This document shows, piece by piece, positions 8,900 through 17,593 of a DNA stretch of 45,280 bases. How positions within the stretch are numbered: position 1 is the stretch's first letter; each line of letters opens with the position of its first letter. The DNA is from a virus (taxonomy: Duplodnaviria > Caudoviricetes), in IMG/VR virus record IMGVR_UViG_3300020045_015401, positions 1 to 45,280 of that record; one strand, given 5' to 3'. The notes under the pieces are model-generated. The model was given only the letters and a program-made list of their open reading frames with translations, did not search any database and was not told the origin of the DNA. The translations under genes were made by a program, and so were the position numbers.

Positions 8900-11338
8900 A
8901 TGGAAGACGATAAAGGATTCAGAATATCACAGACTATCTCTCCGCCAAGTCAAACAGATAGTTTCGCTACAAAACAAAGCCGTGCTTATGGAAAAGCCGT
9001 TGGGGATATGATATATTCCGAATGGTTTTATAGAGGTAATGGAGGGTCTTGTAGATTCTACACAGGTAGGGCAGAATTTTACGAAAGAAGGATTTATGCT
9101 AATGGCTTGGTAAATATGGCTAAATACTATCCAATGTTGGGTACGAATGGCGATGTTTCTTTGTTGAATTTAAGCAAAAAGCCACTTTCGAGAATGCCTA
9201 AAATTGTGGATTTAGTGGTTAACGGAATGGTAAACAGACCTTATTCTATTAAAGCAAAAGCGATTGACCCTGCTTCGGATGAAGAAAAAAGAGCCTACCG
9301 AAAAAAAATAGAGGATGAAAGAAACTCGTTGCCGTTTACTCAAAAAGCACTTACTGAAACAGGTATTGATGTTGGCGCTATGCCCGCCGATGAAATCCCA
9401 CAAAGCAAAGAGGAAATGGATATTCACATGCAGATGGAATGGAAACCTTCGAATTGTTTATCCAACCAAATTGCTATCGCTACGGTGATGGAGGAAAACG
9501 AGTATAATTTAGTACTCGATAAAAAAGTTAAAAGAGCCTTAGTTGTAGATGGAGCCGCCGCAACACGCACCCGATTAAACCCTTCAAAGGGAATTTTAAT
9601 CGAGCATATTGACTTTGCAGATATGGTTTATTCGCCTACAAAAGACCCTTATTTTAATGATTGTTTTTATAAAGGACACGTAGCACAAGTATTGCTTTCC
9701 GATATTTTCGTGGAATATCCTGAATTGTTGAGTACTGATAATTCCGATGTAAAAAAAGACATTGAAATCGCCGCAGGAAATTGGTCAAAACTACACGGAT
9801 TAGATTCTTCAAGTACGCTAAAAGGACATACGAACCTACTTTACTTTACCTATAAAACTTTCCGTGAGAGAGCAAAAAAAGTAAAAAAACTATCCAATGG
9901 AGAAACTGTAATCGAAGATGCCAATGAGTTTTTTGACGCTTCAAAACCAAAAGATAAAAAAGACAGATACATTAGAAACTCTATTGTAGAAGAAGTTTTA
10001 TTTGAGGGATGCTTGGTTTTAGGAACCAATATTTTATTGAAATGGGAATTGGCCAAATCTATGACCCGCCCAAAATCAAACAACAAAAAAGTTTGCGAAC
10101 AATATCGAATGATTGCTCCTAATATGGAGAATGGTATTATTCCAAGTTTAGTTTCGAGAATGATTCCTGTTGAAGATGATTTGAATGTTATCGAATTAAA
10201 AGCACAACAAATACGACAAGGGATTACCCCTGATGGTATCGCTATTGACCTTGACGCTTTGGCTGATGTTGATATGGGTGACGGTAAAATGCAAACCGTC
10301 CAACAAACATTAGATATGTATCTACAAAAAGGAAGTTACCTATACAGGTCTTCTTTGATTGGTGGAGAGTATAGTAATGCTCAAAAACCATTTCAAGAAG
10401 TTCAAACGGGTGACAGCATCAATAAATTGGTTGCCTTACGAAACGAAAGAGATTCAAAGATTATAGAATTAACCGATTTAGTAGGGCTAAACAAAGCGAG
10501 TGACGCATCAACTCCCGATAGAGATAGTTTAGTTGGTATTCAAAAAATCGCTGCTTACAACTCAAATTTAGCCACAAGACATATTTTGGATGGGGCAGGA
10601 TATTTGGTTTTAAAAACTGCTGAAACTATCAGTTATTCAATTTCAGATATTTTAAAATACTACCCAAGTTTAAGAGAAGATTTGATTCAGAAAATTGGAG
10701 CGTCCGCCGTTGCCGATTTAGACATTGTTCGTGATTTACATTTAAGCGATTTCGCTATCTATTTTGAATTAGAAATGGACGATGAAGAAAGAGCTGAACT
10801 AAACCAAGATTTATCAATTTCAGTAGAAAAAGGCTATCTAGGATTAGAGGATAAATACAAAATACGCAACATCAAAATCCTTGATTTAGCTATCCAATAC
10901 TTGACAGTTTTAGTGAAAAAACGTGCTAAAGTAATGCAAGAACAAGAAGCACAAAAATTCAAAATCCAATCAGACGAAAATATTCGTGCTGCACAAGAAT
11001 CCGAAAAAGCAAGACAGGAAACCGCTAAAATGCAAAATCAGTTTGATATAGAAAAACAAAATGCTATTTCGCAGGGAGAAATATCAAAAGAACAAGCGAG
11101 AGGTGAGCAAGATAGACTTACCGAAGTGGATAAAGCGAAAAACAAACTTGAACTGCAATATGTAATCAATGCGGGAGCTACAGAAAAACTTGAAAAACTA
11201 AAACAAGACAAATCGGTAGCGCAAGCCGAAGCAGCTACTCATACATCAAGAATCGCTGACCAAAAAGCAAAAGGGAAAGACCCGATAGATTTTGAGTCCG
11301 AAAAAGCCGAAATGGAAATGTTCGATATAAACCAATAA
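8900..11338 (+). CDS. Portal protein
   Basis: 812 aa, directly after terL; PKIVDLVVNGM...IKAKAIDP N-terminal motif and long C-terminal coiled coil (P22/crAss-like barrel). Confidence 0.8.
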   Translation: MEDDKGFRISQTISPPSQTDSFATKQSRAYGKAVGDMIYSEWFYRGNGGSCRFYTGRAEFYERRIYANGLVNMAKYYPMLGTNGDVSLLNLSKKPLSRMPKIVDLVVNGMVNRPYSIKAKAIDPASDEEKRAYRKKIEDERNSLPFTQKALTETGIDVGAMPADEIPQSKEEMDIHMQMEWKPSNCLSNQIAIATVMEENEYNLVLDKKVKRALVVDGAAATRTRLNPSKGILIEHIDFADMVYSPTKDPYFNDCFYKGHVAQVLLSDIFVEYPELLSTDNSDVKKDIEIAAGNWSKLHGLDSSSTLKGHTNLLYFTYKTFRERAKKVKKLSNGETVIEDANEFFDASKPKDKKDRYIRNSIVEEVLFEGCLVLGTNILLKWELAKSMTRPKSNNKKVCEQYRMIAPNMENGIIPSLVSRMIPVEDDLNVIELKAQQIRQGITPDGIAIDLDALADVDMGDGKMQTVQQTLDMYLQKGSYLYRSSLIGGEYSNAQKPFQEVQTGDSINKLVALRNERDSKIIELTDLVGLNKASDASTPDRDSLVGIQKIAAYNSNLATRHILDGAGYLVLKTAETISYSISDILKYYPSLREDLIQKIGASAVADLDIVRDLHLSDFAIYFELEMDDEERAELNQDLSISVEKGYLGLEDKYKIRNIKILDLAIQYLTVLVKKRAKVMQEQEAQKFKIQSDENIRAAQESEKARQETAKMQNQFDIEKQNAISQGEISKEQARGEQDRLTEVDKAKNKLELQYVINAGATEKLEKLKQDKSVAQAEAATHTSRIADQKAKGKDPIDFESEKAEMEMFDINQ

Positions 11339-11350
11339 AAAATAGAAATT

Positions 11351-11842
11351 ATGCCAGACCCAAAGAAAAAAATTATGGTTAAAATCCCTAAAAGGGGAAA
11401 TGTAGAAGCCGAAGAAGCTAAAAAAGGAATTTACGACAAAGAAACTGCTGCTGATGCAAAAGAAGAAGGGTACGTACCGAAAGGACTATCAAAACAGATT
11501 ATTAAAGAAATAGACGATACTACTAATTTCAACAAAAGAAAAAATGAGGTAGAGTCTATGGCTAAAAGTGACAGTATTGTAGGTGCAAAAAAAGCCAAGT
11601 TTGAAGGCAAAGATATTGTTGACCAACGACGAGCAGGAAATGCAGCCGCTAATAAAACAAGGGTACAAGAAGGAAACCCACAAGTAGTTAGAGGTAGAAG
11701 TATGGAGAAAGAAAATAGTTTTGATGGGGATAAATACTCAAGTATTAACGACCCTTTTAAATCAGATCACTACAGCAGATTAAAACCTCTTGAAAAGGAT
11801 ATGCCGGCGATTAAAAAAACCATCGTAAAGGTTAAAAAGTAA
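11351..11842 (+). CDS. Hypothetical basic, low-complexity protein
   Basis: 163-aa Lys-rich ORF in the operon with an A-rich start context. Confidence 0.65.
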   Translation: MPDPKKKIMVKIPKRGNVEAEEAKKGIYDKETAADAKEEGYVPKGLSKQIIKEIDDTTNFNKRKNEVESMAKSDSIVGAKKAKFEGKDIVDQRRAGNAAANKTRVQEGNPQVVRGRSMEKENSFDGDKYSSINDPFKSDHYSRLKPLEKDMPAIKKTIVKVKK

Positions 11843-11873
11843 TAGAAATGTAGCCAATTTTAATAACAAAATT

Positions 11874-13961
11874 ATGAAATATACGATATCATCATTATCA
11901 CAAAAACTAATAGTATCACTAGATATAGAGGGGGGTATATACAATGAGTATATATTAGAGTTTGACCAACCAAGTGTTGTTCTTCAAAATGACAAGGTAG
12001 AAATACTAGAAGTAGGTGAGGTTATGATTTCAATTCCTTTTCACCATTTTGGATTAATAAACGGAGAAGTTCCTATAGATATTGAGAACGCTTTTTATAA
12101 GTTGCAAGCGTTTATAAATACGCTAGACATTACAATTCCTAGTGATGGATTTTCAAATAATGCTCAAAAATCTAATTTACCTGAAATAGCATTAAATCGT
12201 TATCGCTCTATTTCAAATAGTTTAAATAGAAAAGTTGCTTGGGTAGGTGATTCAGTTACTATGCACACTGGATTTTATATGATTGATTCAAGAGATTCAG
12301 CGACTATAACACTAGATACTCCTGAAACGTTTGTAATTAATACTATTTCAGCTAGTGGAGTGTGTACTTCGGTTACTACACATAATCTATTAGTAAATTC
12401 TGTAATTTATTCTACAACAACCGCCAATGGTTTTGTAAATAATACTTTCTATTATGTTTCAGAAGTTATTTCAACAACAGAATTTAAAATAGTAAGTAAT
12501 GCTTTTGCGCCTATAACTTTAACGTCAGGAACAGGATTAGCTATAACTATATCTTTTGCTTCAATTTATGACAATAGAGTTTCAAGATATGCGGGCGCTC
12601 CAATGTATAAAGTTACTAATGGAGCTTTTGGTTCTAATGGGAATACAGCAGCTAATTTTTTAGCTTCTGTAGGAAATACAGCGATTAATTTAGGGTTTGA
12701 ACAAGTAGTAAGTTTTGCGCCTAACTTAATAATTTATTCTTATGGAATTAACGATGTTCGTTTAGGAGCAACAACACAAGCACAATTAGAAGCTATAATT
12801 AGTAGCACAGTTGAGGCATTTCAAACTAGATTACCAAATACTGATATAATTTTAAGAATGCCTAATCATTTATGTTATGATTCGGTAACATTAACTTTAT
12901 ACTTAGGAGCAGGAACAACGTATGCGCAAACACAATCACGTTCAGATGCTTTAAGACTTGCTTATCGTGCTATGATTGCAAAATACCCTAATGTTTATGT
13001 GTTAGATACTCAATCGGGAGAAGGTGCTATTTTTAGTGAAAAAGTACCAACTGCTACGAATATTTATATGTCAGATTGTTTGCATCCTAATATTATTGAT
13101 GGTCAGGGGGCGATTTTTAGAGAAGTTTTGTTATCAATTGGTAATTTTGGTAAAACTAGAATCCCTTTAAATGTTGAACCTCCTAAATTCTATCCAGCTC
13201 TACCAACGGTAGAGTTAGCAAATGCAACGGCTCAATCATCTACTACTGACTATTTAATTTATCCTAGAATATTAGAAGATAATACAAAGTATAATTTTTT
13301 ATTCAAAGGCAAAAGGGCCGCAAGCGTAAAAGGCTCTTATTGGGATGTAGGAAAATATAAAACAGAAAGTATTGAAGCTAAAAACTATACCAACGTAATT
13401 AAATCTAATGACATTGCTATTGTTTACGGTACTTTAGAATATACAGCAGGAAGTCAAGGCGAGTATTTCGATAATGGTGTAGCTGCTTTTAAACTAACAA
13501 CAGGTAATGTAGGGGCGCAAGGAAATAACTTTAGAATTACATCATTGCCAGCAGGTTATCCAATGGCTAATGGAACTTTGCAAGAAGTAGCTTTTTATAG
13601 AGCAAGACCAACGGCACAAAAAAGACCTGCTAATAATGATTTTGACACAACTATTTCTTTAATTGATTTTACATCAGGAACAACACATAAAACTATCGAA
13701 CAATTTAGTGTTTGTTCTGTGATTACAGGAATATCAAATACAGCTCCATCAACAGGCGGAACAGTTACTATCAATAAAAATGGGGTAACGTTTGCCACAT
13801 TGACTTGGGCTAATGCAGCAACAACAGCAACGGGTTCAGGTACATTTTTTACAGATGCGACTAGAGGGATTGTTTTCGATGAAGGGGATATTGTTACTGT
13901 AATTGTAAATGTTGGTTTTGTCGGCGGGACTATTCCTAAAATTAGATTATCTAATAAATAA
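11874..13961 (+). CDS. Virion-associated SGNH/GDSL hydrolase-domain protein (fibre/spike-like)
   Basis: SGNH blocks VAWVGDSVT, GSNG, YGINDV and DCLHPN; beta-rich C-terminal domains. Confidence 0.75.
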   Translation: MKYTISSLSQKLIVSLDIEGGIYNEYILEFDQPSVVLQNDKVEILEVGEVMISIPFHHFGLINGEVPIDIENAFYKLQAFINTLDITIPSDGFSNNAQKSNLPEIALNRYRSISNSLNRKVAWVGDSVTMHTGFYMIDSRDSATITLDTPETFVINTISASGVCTSVTTHNLLVNSVIYSTTTANGFVNNTFYYVSEVISTTEFKIVSNAFAPITLTSGTGLAITISFASIYDNRVSRYAGAPMYKVTNGAFGSNGNTAANFLASVGNTAINLGFEQVVSFAPNLIIYSYGINDVRLGATTQAQLEAIISSTVEAFQTRLPNTDIILRMPNHLCYDSVTLTLYLGAGTTYAQTQSRSDALRLAYRAMIAKYPNVYVLDTQSGEGAIFSEKVPTATNIYMSDCLHPNIIDGQGAIFREVLLSIGNFGKTRIPLNVEPPKFYPALPTVELANATAQSSTTDYLIYPRILEDNTKYNFLFKGKRAASVKGSYWDVGKYKTESIEAKNYTNVIKSNDIAIVYGTLEYTAGSQGEYFDNGVAAFKLTTGNVGAQGNNFRITSLPAGYPMANGTLQEVAFYRARPTAQKRPANNDFDTTISLIDFTSGTTHKTIEQFSVCSVITGISNTAPSTGGTVTINKNGVTFATLTWANAATTATGSGTFFTDATRGIVFDEGDIVTVIVNVGFVGGTIPKIRLSNK

Positions 13962-14001
13962 AAAGTATGAGAAGTTTAGTAACACAATAGATTTTAAAAG
14001 C

Positions 14002-14031
14002 AAAACCCGATAATTTCAGTTATCGGGTTTT
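14002..14031. terminator. Bidirectional intrinsic terminator
   Basis: AAAACCCGATAA-tttcag-TTATCGGGTTTT with a T-tract on both strands. Confidence 0.85.
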
Positions 14032-14077
14032 TTTTGGTTGACACAATTTTTTGAAAAGATGTTTAATGTAAGACCTC
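14002..14077 (-). ncRNA. Candidate small RNA (about 75 nt)
   Basis: Minus-strand -7 box TATATTTG at 14082-14089, TTTG at 14112-14115, no ORF, ends in the hairpin at 14002-14031. Confidence 0.4.
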
Positions 14078-14112
14078 GATGCAAATATAGTGAATTAATT
14101 AATACTTAAAGC

Positions 14113-14145
14113 AAAAAGCGGATAACTTCAAGGCTATCCGCTTTT
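14113..14145 (-). terminator. Intrinsic terminator of the tRNA transcript
   Basis: Minus strand GCGGATAGC...GTTATCCGC-TTTTT; the G.U pair works only on the minus strand. Confidence 0.8.
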
Positions 14146-14221
14146 AGATTTGTTTTCTCCGAATGGAAGAATCAACTCGTTTACTTGCCGACTAGGTGAT
14201 ACCCTAATCCTTTTGCAACAG
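14113..14221 (-). ncRNA. tRNA 3'-trailer RNA, candidate antisense regulator of leader 17594-17673
   Basis: Lies between the tRNA 3' end and a terminator; blocks 14201-14210, 14193-14199 and 14182-14188 are reverse complements of 17632-17641, 17645-17651 and 17663-17669. Confidence 0.55.
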
Positions 14222-14295
14222 TAGCACTAGCAGGACTCGAACCTGCGACCTCAAGGATATGAGCCTTGCGAGATACCAACTTCTACCATAGTGCG
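14222..14295 (-). tRNA. tRNA-Met(CAT), initiator (fMet)-type
   Basis: CGCACTA...TAGTGCT-A acceptor with unpaired C1/U72; anticodon arm CAAGG-CTCATAT-CCTTG; T arm GCAGG-TTCGAGT-CCTGC; CCA not encoded. Confidence 0.88.
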
Positions 14296-14298
14296 AAG

Positions 14299-14329
14299 CA
14301 AAGATATAAAAAAAATAAACGACAACAAA
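14299..14329 (-). promoter_or_regulatory. Bacteroidota sigma-A-type promoter of the tRNA/trailer transcript
   Basis: Minus strand TTTG (14326-14329), 19 bp spacer, TATCTTTG (14299-14306). Confidence 0.75.
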
Positions 14330-14358
14330 CGTTTGTAAACGAATAAAATCTACTTTTG
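14317..14358 (+). promoter_or_regulatory. Late-type promoter 3 (scaffold-capsid operon)
   Basis: AAACGACAACAAA-CG-TTTGTAAACGAAT (14317-14344), 6 bp spacer, TACTTTTG (14351-14358). Confidence 0.75.
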
Positions 14359-14388
14359 TACTAATAAATCAAATCAAATCAAAATATT

Positions 14389-15501
14389 ATGCCACAAGAC
14401 GAGAATATAATTCCCGAAGCGGAAGTAGTTGCGGTAGAAAATCAGGAGCCTACAATATCATTTGCACCGGTTACAGAAGAAGATAATATCATTATTCCTG
14501 CTGCCGAAACTGAAATTCCTATACAGGAAGAAGTTGTAGAGCAAGTAGCCGAGCAAGTTACCGAGCAAGTAGAAGAAGAATATGAAGCAGTAGAGCTTGA
14601 CGAGGATTTAGCCATAAAATATTTGGCAGAATCGAAAGGAATGACGGTTGAGGAATTTCAGGATTCATTAACCCCAAAAGAGCAAAAAAAATACGCTCCT
14701 GCAATGGAGAAATTCAACGAGTTCATTGAAAAAACAGGAAATACAAATTACAACGACTTCTTAGAAACACAGAAGGATTGGGGTGCAGAAAGTGAAGAAA
14801 GTAGATTAAGAAGCTACATCAAACTTTCAAATCCTAATTATTCTGATAAACAAGTAAATAGGTATTATGATAAAAATTATAGTACCGAAGGACTTGATGA
14901 AGATATTGACGAAGACGAAATCCTCGATAGAGGAATGAATCGAACAGACGATTTGAAGAAAGCCGATGCGTTTTTCGACAAACGAAAAGAAGAATTTAAT
15001 GCCGTTGGAGGGTCTGACGAGCATATTCCGATTGAGTATCGAGAAGCAAAAAAAGCGATTGACAATCAAGAGAAACAAGAAGAAGAGTTTTTTGCAAAAT
15101 TAAACGGTCAAAGAAATGATTTTGTTTCAAGAACCGAATCTTTTTTTTCCAACAATTTTGAAGGGTTCAAAGTTCAATTGGGAGACAAAGAAACAGGGTT
15201 TGAAGATTTTACTATTAAACCAGAAAATCTTAATGAAATAAAAGAATTTCAACTTAGCTCTAACAATAGAGAGAATGAGTTGATAGACAAGGAAACGGGA
15301 CTAATAAAAAATATAGAAGAATACCATATATCAAAATATATGGAGAGAAACTATAAAACTGAACTGAATAAAGCCTACCAAAGAGGACGAGCAAAAGAAC
15401 TCGAAATCCAAGACAAGGTTTCAAAAAATATTCAACCGGACAATATTAGAACCATACCAAGTATTGGCGCATCTGGAGTTTCGTTTACGAAGGAAAACTA
15501 A
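14389..15501 (+). CDS. Capsid scaffolding protein
   Basis: 370 aa, very acidic N-terminus, helical, directly upstream of the major capsid gene. Confidence 0.7.
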   Translation: MPQDENIIPEAEVVAVENQEPTISFAPVTEEDNIIIPAAETEIPIQEEVVEQVAEQVTEQVEEEYEAVELDEDLAIKYLAESKGMTVEEFQDSLTPKEQKKYAPAMEKFNEFIEKTGNTNYNDFLETQKDWGAESEESRLRSYIKLSNPNYSDKQVNRYYDKNYSTEGLDEDIDEDEILDRGMNRTDDLKKADAFFDKRKEEFNAVGGSDEHIPIEYREAKKAIDNQEKQEEEFFAKLNGQRNDFVSRTESFFSNNFEGFKVQLGDKETGFEDFTIKPENLNEIKEFQLSSNNRENELIDKETGLIKNIEEYHISKYMERNYKTELNKAYQRGRAKELEIQDKVSKNIQPDNIRTIPSIGASGVSFTKEN

Positions 15502-15551
15502 AATTTCTTGTTTTAAAAACAATTACTAATTTTTAAAACAAACACCACAAA

Positions 15552-16892
15552 ATGGGAGCAATAGCAGGAACACCCGCAGTAAGATACACGCCAAGTGCGA
15601 CTAAAGTACCTACAGCAGCGAATTATTTAGATTTGACCGACTTGGATTATTTTGACCACCAATTGCCTGATTTAGACAAAACGCTAAACAGACGATACGG
15701 GACTCAAATGATTGACGGTTTCTTCGAAAAAACAGGACGTAAAATTCCTTATGCAAGTGACGTTATCACTTGGACGGAAGAAGACAGATTAACTCAACTT
15801 GCCACAGGAGTAGCACGTGTAGGAGATGTATTTACATTGGCCGACCATACTTTTAGAGTAGGTGAAGTTATCCAAGCCTTCTTACCTGATGGAACAATTT
15901 CAAGAAAAGGTAGAATCTCCGCTACAACTTCAACTACTTTCACCGCATCTTGTGGTCAAGCAGCAGGTTGGACAGCATTGGGAGCTACAGGAATTTCTTG
16001 TTTCGCCGATACTTCTGAATTCTTGAAAGGTTCAGCAGGGATGCAAGAATCATTGAATACCAAATACCAACAATACACAACTCGTGGTACTATCACAAAA
16101 GAGATGGTTAGCGAGAACCGTACAAATATGACTCAAATTTCTTGGTTGAAAGCCACTGATAATACTTCAGGAAATACATTAGGTTATATTTGGTATGACG
16201 TAAACAAAGACAATACCGAAAGACGTTTCAGAAACAAAGTAGAGTCTGCTCACTTTAATTCAGAAACTTGGGCGGGTGATTTACTTGCCGCAGGGTACAA
16301 AGGTCGTCAAGGTTTGCTTTCTGCAATGGGAGAAGGAAACATCTTCGCAGGAACAATCGCTGACTTTGCATCTGCCGAAAGTTTGATTGACCGTTTGGAA
16401 AAACAAGGCCAATTAAGAGACAACATCATCTACGGAACAACTGCTTTCTGTTTCGCTATTGATAAGTTCTTAGCTTCTACCAATGTAACAACTGGTTCTG
16501 CTTACGGACAATTCAACAACGATAAGAAAATGGCGCTTGACCTATCTTTCCAAGGATATTGCTTAGGTGGATATGATTTCACATATTCTCCCCTACAATA
16601 CCTAAAAGAAGCAACTGCTCAAGGGGCTATCACAGGAGTTTCTAAAGTAAATGGTTTCTTGATTCCGTCTGCTTCTCAATCAGTGGTAGATCCAATGCAA
16701 GGTACTCCATCTGTGAAACCGATGATTCACGTGAGAAATAGAGCCTATGGTGCTATGAATCGTGATTACGAATTAGTATGCAGAGATTGGCTACAAGGGA
16801 CTAGCTTAACCGATACTATCACTACAGAGTTCCAAAATGAATCGGCGACTGTTTTGATAGGGCGTAACAACACTGTTAAATTTCAGGGCTAA
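15552..16892 (+). CDS. Major capsid protein
   Basis: 446 aa after the scaffold, followed by a strong terminator; ITWTEEDRL and GRQGLLSAM motifs typical of HK97-fold capsids of Bacteroidota podoviruses; distinct codon bias. Confidence 0.82.
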   Translation: MGAIAGTPAVRYTPSATKVPTAANYLDLTDLDYFDHQLPDLDKTLNRRYGTQMIDGFFEKTGRKIPYASDVITWTEEDRLTQLATGVARVGDVFTLADHTFRVGEVIQAFLPDGTISRKGRISATTSTTFTASCGQAAGWTALGATGISCFADTSEFLKGSAGMQESLNTKYQQYTTRGTITKEMVSENRTNMTQISWLKATDNTSGNTLGYIWYDVNKDNTERRFRNKVESAHFNSETWAGDLLAAGYKGRQGLLSAMGEGNIFAGTIADFASAESLIDRLEKQGQLRDNIIYGTTAFCFAIDKFLASTNVTTGSAYGQFNNDKKMALDLSFQGYCLGGYDFTYSPLQYLKEATAQGAITGVSKVNGFLIPSASQSVVDPMQGTPSVKPMIHVRNRAYGAMNRDYELVCRDWLQGTSLTDTITTEFQNESATVLIGRNNTVKFQG

Positions 16893-16909
16893 AGGATAGT
16901 TTTTAGATT

Positions 16910-16937
16910 AAAACCCACTCAATCGAGTGGGTTTTTT
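16910..16937. terminator. Intrinsic terminator after the capsid gene
   Basis: AAAACCCACTC-aatc-GAGTGGGTTTTTT. Confidence 0.85.
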
Positions 16938-17575
16938 GTTTTAATACTTTCAATATGCTTTTCATGAGCTAATAAATAAGCATTATAGGCATCAATTTCA
17001 CTTACAAAAGTACCTAAATGAATAGTTTTTCTTTCTATAACGATAAAAGCCCTCCATTTCATTGAACTTTTATGCCAACTAACGCCTTTGTATTGTGAGG
17101 AATAAGTACTTTTAATAACTTCTATTTCTAAATTGTTTTCAATGCTATAAAGAGCCTTTTCATATTGATTTGATGCTTCTATTTCAGAATCAAAAAAACC
17201 TAATAATATTGTTTTCCCGTTATAACTTATTGCAGACCTCCATTTATTTAATTTTTTATCCCAAGAAACTCCAGTGTATAAAGATGAAGATTTTATATGT
17301 TTTTTATTACTATTAACTCTATTAGTTACAATCCTAAAATTGTCAAATCTATTATTCATTTTATTTAAGTCAATATGGTCTACGACTAATTCGTGTCCAC
17401 AAGGAGTATGATCTAAAAAATTAATAGCAACGAGTACGTGTACTCCCCAATATTCTATTTTACCATTTTTAGATAATGTAGCACGTTTATATTTATTATT
17501 TACGGATGTTTTTAATAAATGTGTAGTTCCGGTATTCATTCCGTTAAATAATGAAATTACATTTATTGGTCTCAT
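16919..17575 (-). CDS. HNH endonuclease with two AP2 domains; N-terminus resembles C5-methyltransferase motif I
   Basis: HNH core VHVLVA...VVDHIDLNKMNNRFDNFRIVTNRVN; AP2 repeats SSLYTGVSWDKKLNKWRSAI and SSQYKGVSWHKSSMKWRAFI; N-terminal MRPINVISLFNGMNTG. Confidence 0.85.
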   Translation of the reverse strand: MRPINVISLFNGMNTGTTHLLKTSVNNKYKRATLSKNGKIEYWGVHVLVAINFLDHTPCGHELVVDHIDLNKMNNRFDNFRIVTNRVNSNKKHIKSSSLYTGVSWDKKLNKWRSAISYNGKTILLGFFDSEIEASNQYEKALYSIENNLEIEVIKSTYSSQYKGVSWHKSSMKWRAFIVIERKTIHLGTFVSEIDAYNAYLLAHEKHIESIKTKNPLD

Positions 17576-17593
17576 AAATATTATTTAAAAAGA

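Noticed and set aside
14153-14161. TTTCTCCG shared between the tRNA trailer and the att core (45133-45140)
   Set aside because: Only 8 bp; expected by chance in 45 kb.
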